Origin: Moniliella sp. 'wahieum'
Taxonomy: Eukaryota
Direction: 5' to 3'
DNA: 64,000 nt
Assembly (NCBI GenBank): GCA_003971905.1
Contig: RSEE01000046.1
Span: 248,001 to 312,000, forward strand
The position numbers and the translations under genes are program-made. Positions within the stretch are counted from its first letter, which is position 1. Each line of letters opens with the position of its first letter. Positions 62,242 to 64,000 of the stretch are shown one piece after another. Below the pieces are notes generated by a model that was given only the letters and a program-made list of their open reading frames with translations, did not search any database and was not told the origin of the DNA.

Positions 62242-64000
62242 CTACACTACGACGCCGAACCCGGCGCCTTCCTCAATAGCCAGCGAGAGCTTTTGTTCGA
62301 GTGTGTCCTTGTCCGGGTAGGTGGCAGGTCGATACGGTTAAAGCACGTGTGAGATTTAGGCAGGGCATTGGTTCGCCTGACTTTTCAATGGTGAACCGGC
62401 GAGGTCCGTCGGACCCTTGGAGGTCCTTGAACCCGTTGACGGGGATACGCGAGGTGCCCGTGACAATGTAGGAGACGGTTGCGCCGTTCGGCGGCCAGGA
62501 ACGCACGCATTCCCAGAACCATTGTACCACCTCATCTTGTTCGAGAAGCCGCGGTAGTCGGTCCAGCGTTTCCAGTCTTCGCAGTCGATTTCCGACATGC
62601 CGCCAATCAACAGTTCCAATTCGCGCTCGTCAAACACGTTGATCAGGTCTTGCGGAATGAGCTCGGTAAAGCCAGCGAGGAAAGCCTTGAACTGTTCCTC
62701 GACACGCTTGCGAATACGGTAGTCCACCATCAAGTTGACGTACTCGGCCTTGTTCTCGTCCGTCACATCTTCCGTCTCTCCGCCTGGCTTGAGGGGCTCG
62801 GTGAGGATCTCACCAAAGTTGTCGACGACCGTGGTGAACGTCTCTCTCGATAGCACCTTCGATCGGGTTGTCCAGCATCCACTGGAGCGAGCGGTAGTAG
62901 TCCGCGTCCACACTCTCCATATCCTTCAGAGTAATCTTCTTCTTGAGGATCATCTTGTAGAACGAGACGATAAAGTACGCGTCGAGGAACGGCGATGGAA
63001 GATGGCCAGACCGACCACACGACCAATAAACTTAAAGTAGTTCAGATGCTCGGGATTGATGCCCGAGTGCGGGTTGATCTGGAGCGTGTAGTTGTCATGC
63101 GCCGAGTACTCAAACAGACCATAGAAAGGGTTGAACATTTCGTGCGACAAGAAGAAGAACTCGCGCGATAGACCACCATAGTCCAGACCATCTTCACCGT
63201 CAAACTTGATCATCAACCGTTTCTTGAGATCGTTGGGCTGTTGCCGCATAATCTCCGCATACGAATCTTCGAAAATGTTGGTCCGACGTACCTTCATGTG
63301 GCACTGCCCAGGAATCGGACGCAAGGCCGGCTGAGAACGGAAGTAAATCAGCTTCCGACGGAAGTCGCGCTTGTACTGCGGCACGTTCTGGTCCAAGCTC
63401 GACGGCAAACGCGGGTCATCCCACGTGGTGGTCTTGGTGTTGTGGTCCACAAAGTACACACGCGCCGTCGCCGTCAAGCGCATTTCCCACCACTCGGCAG
63501 CGGGCCCAATTGGGACACCGACTGCGGCTGCACCGTCAGACGGTTGCGATCCGGCCGAGAACACGGAGCAGTTGCTGCCTCCGGGGATCGACCCAGGTGG
63601 TGGTACGAGTGTTGTGGTCAACAAAGTAAGTCCGGCCCTCGGGGTGGTACGTGCTCCCAACCACTAGGAAGCGGGCCCGAACCAGACGACGTTCCGTTGC
63701 CCGAAGCAATAGCTGCCCCAGACGAGGTCGAGGATGCACCCCCATTGTCCACACCCAGCATGTCGTCGGGCAGAGCACGGTTAAAGTTGCGCTCGCGCTC
63801 CGCCGCGCCTCCGTTGCGCGCGCCGCATCGTTAACGCTCGCATTCGTCGACGGCCGGTTCCAGGTGGTGGTGCGGGTGTTGTGGTCACATAGTACGTACG
63901 GCCCAGTTGGTCAATCCGCCTCTCCCACCCCAGAGGCAGGGCGCCGTACTCATCTGAGCGTGGATCTGAGTACGGGGGACGGACGAGTCAGCGGCCGAGC
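62242..64000 (-). CDS. RSP5: NEDD4-family HECT E3 ubiquitin ligase Rsp5/Pub1 (5' part lies outside the window)
   Basis: WW domains ([46 protein letters not shown]), [80 protein letters not shown]. Confidence 0.97.

Overview
Fungal genomic DNA, most likely basidiomycete (inferred from gene content and intron signals; the species cannot be identified from this window). The sequence has many small indels: almost every conserved gene is split across reading frames, so CDS coordinates are approximate outer bounds and the frameshifts are read as sequencing error. Positions 1-10.1 kb and about 20.4-24.2 kb are gene-poor and hold transposon relics: a solo LTR with a perfect 5-bp target-site duplication (TSD), a TA-flanked MITE, diverged repeats, a Copia-like RT scrap and a probable decayed GT31 glycosyltransferase. 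The rest is a dense run of genes: Tfb6-like, a Ras-like GTPase/REM/CDC25 RasGEF fusion, SLM3/MnmA head-to-head with CFD1, RPL43, tRNA-Pro, a ketopantoate-reductase-family gene, a DYRK2/Pom1-like kinase, an ERI1-like nuclease, ubiquitin-S27a head-to-head with RPP0, an amino-acid permease, a kinesin-like gene, HEM3, BIO2, tRNA-Gly and the 3' part of RSP5. No clear new multi-gene system can be established. The best leads are a kinesin with degenerate switch I/II motifs (candidate pseudo-motor), the atypical-GTPase/RasGEF fusion, a CPVAH heme-regulatory-type extension on porphobilinogen deaminase, and recurrent intergenic 7-bp tandem repeats built from a 6-bp palindrome plus one base.
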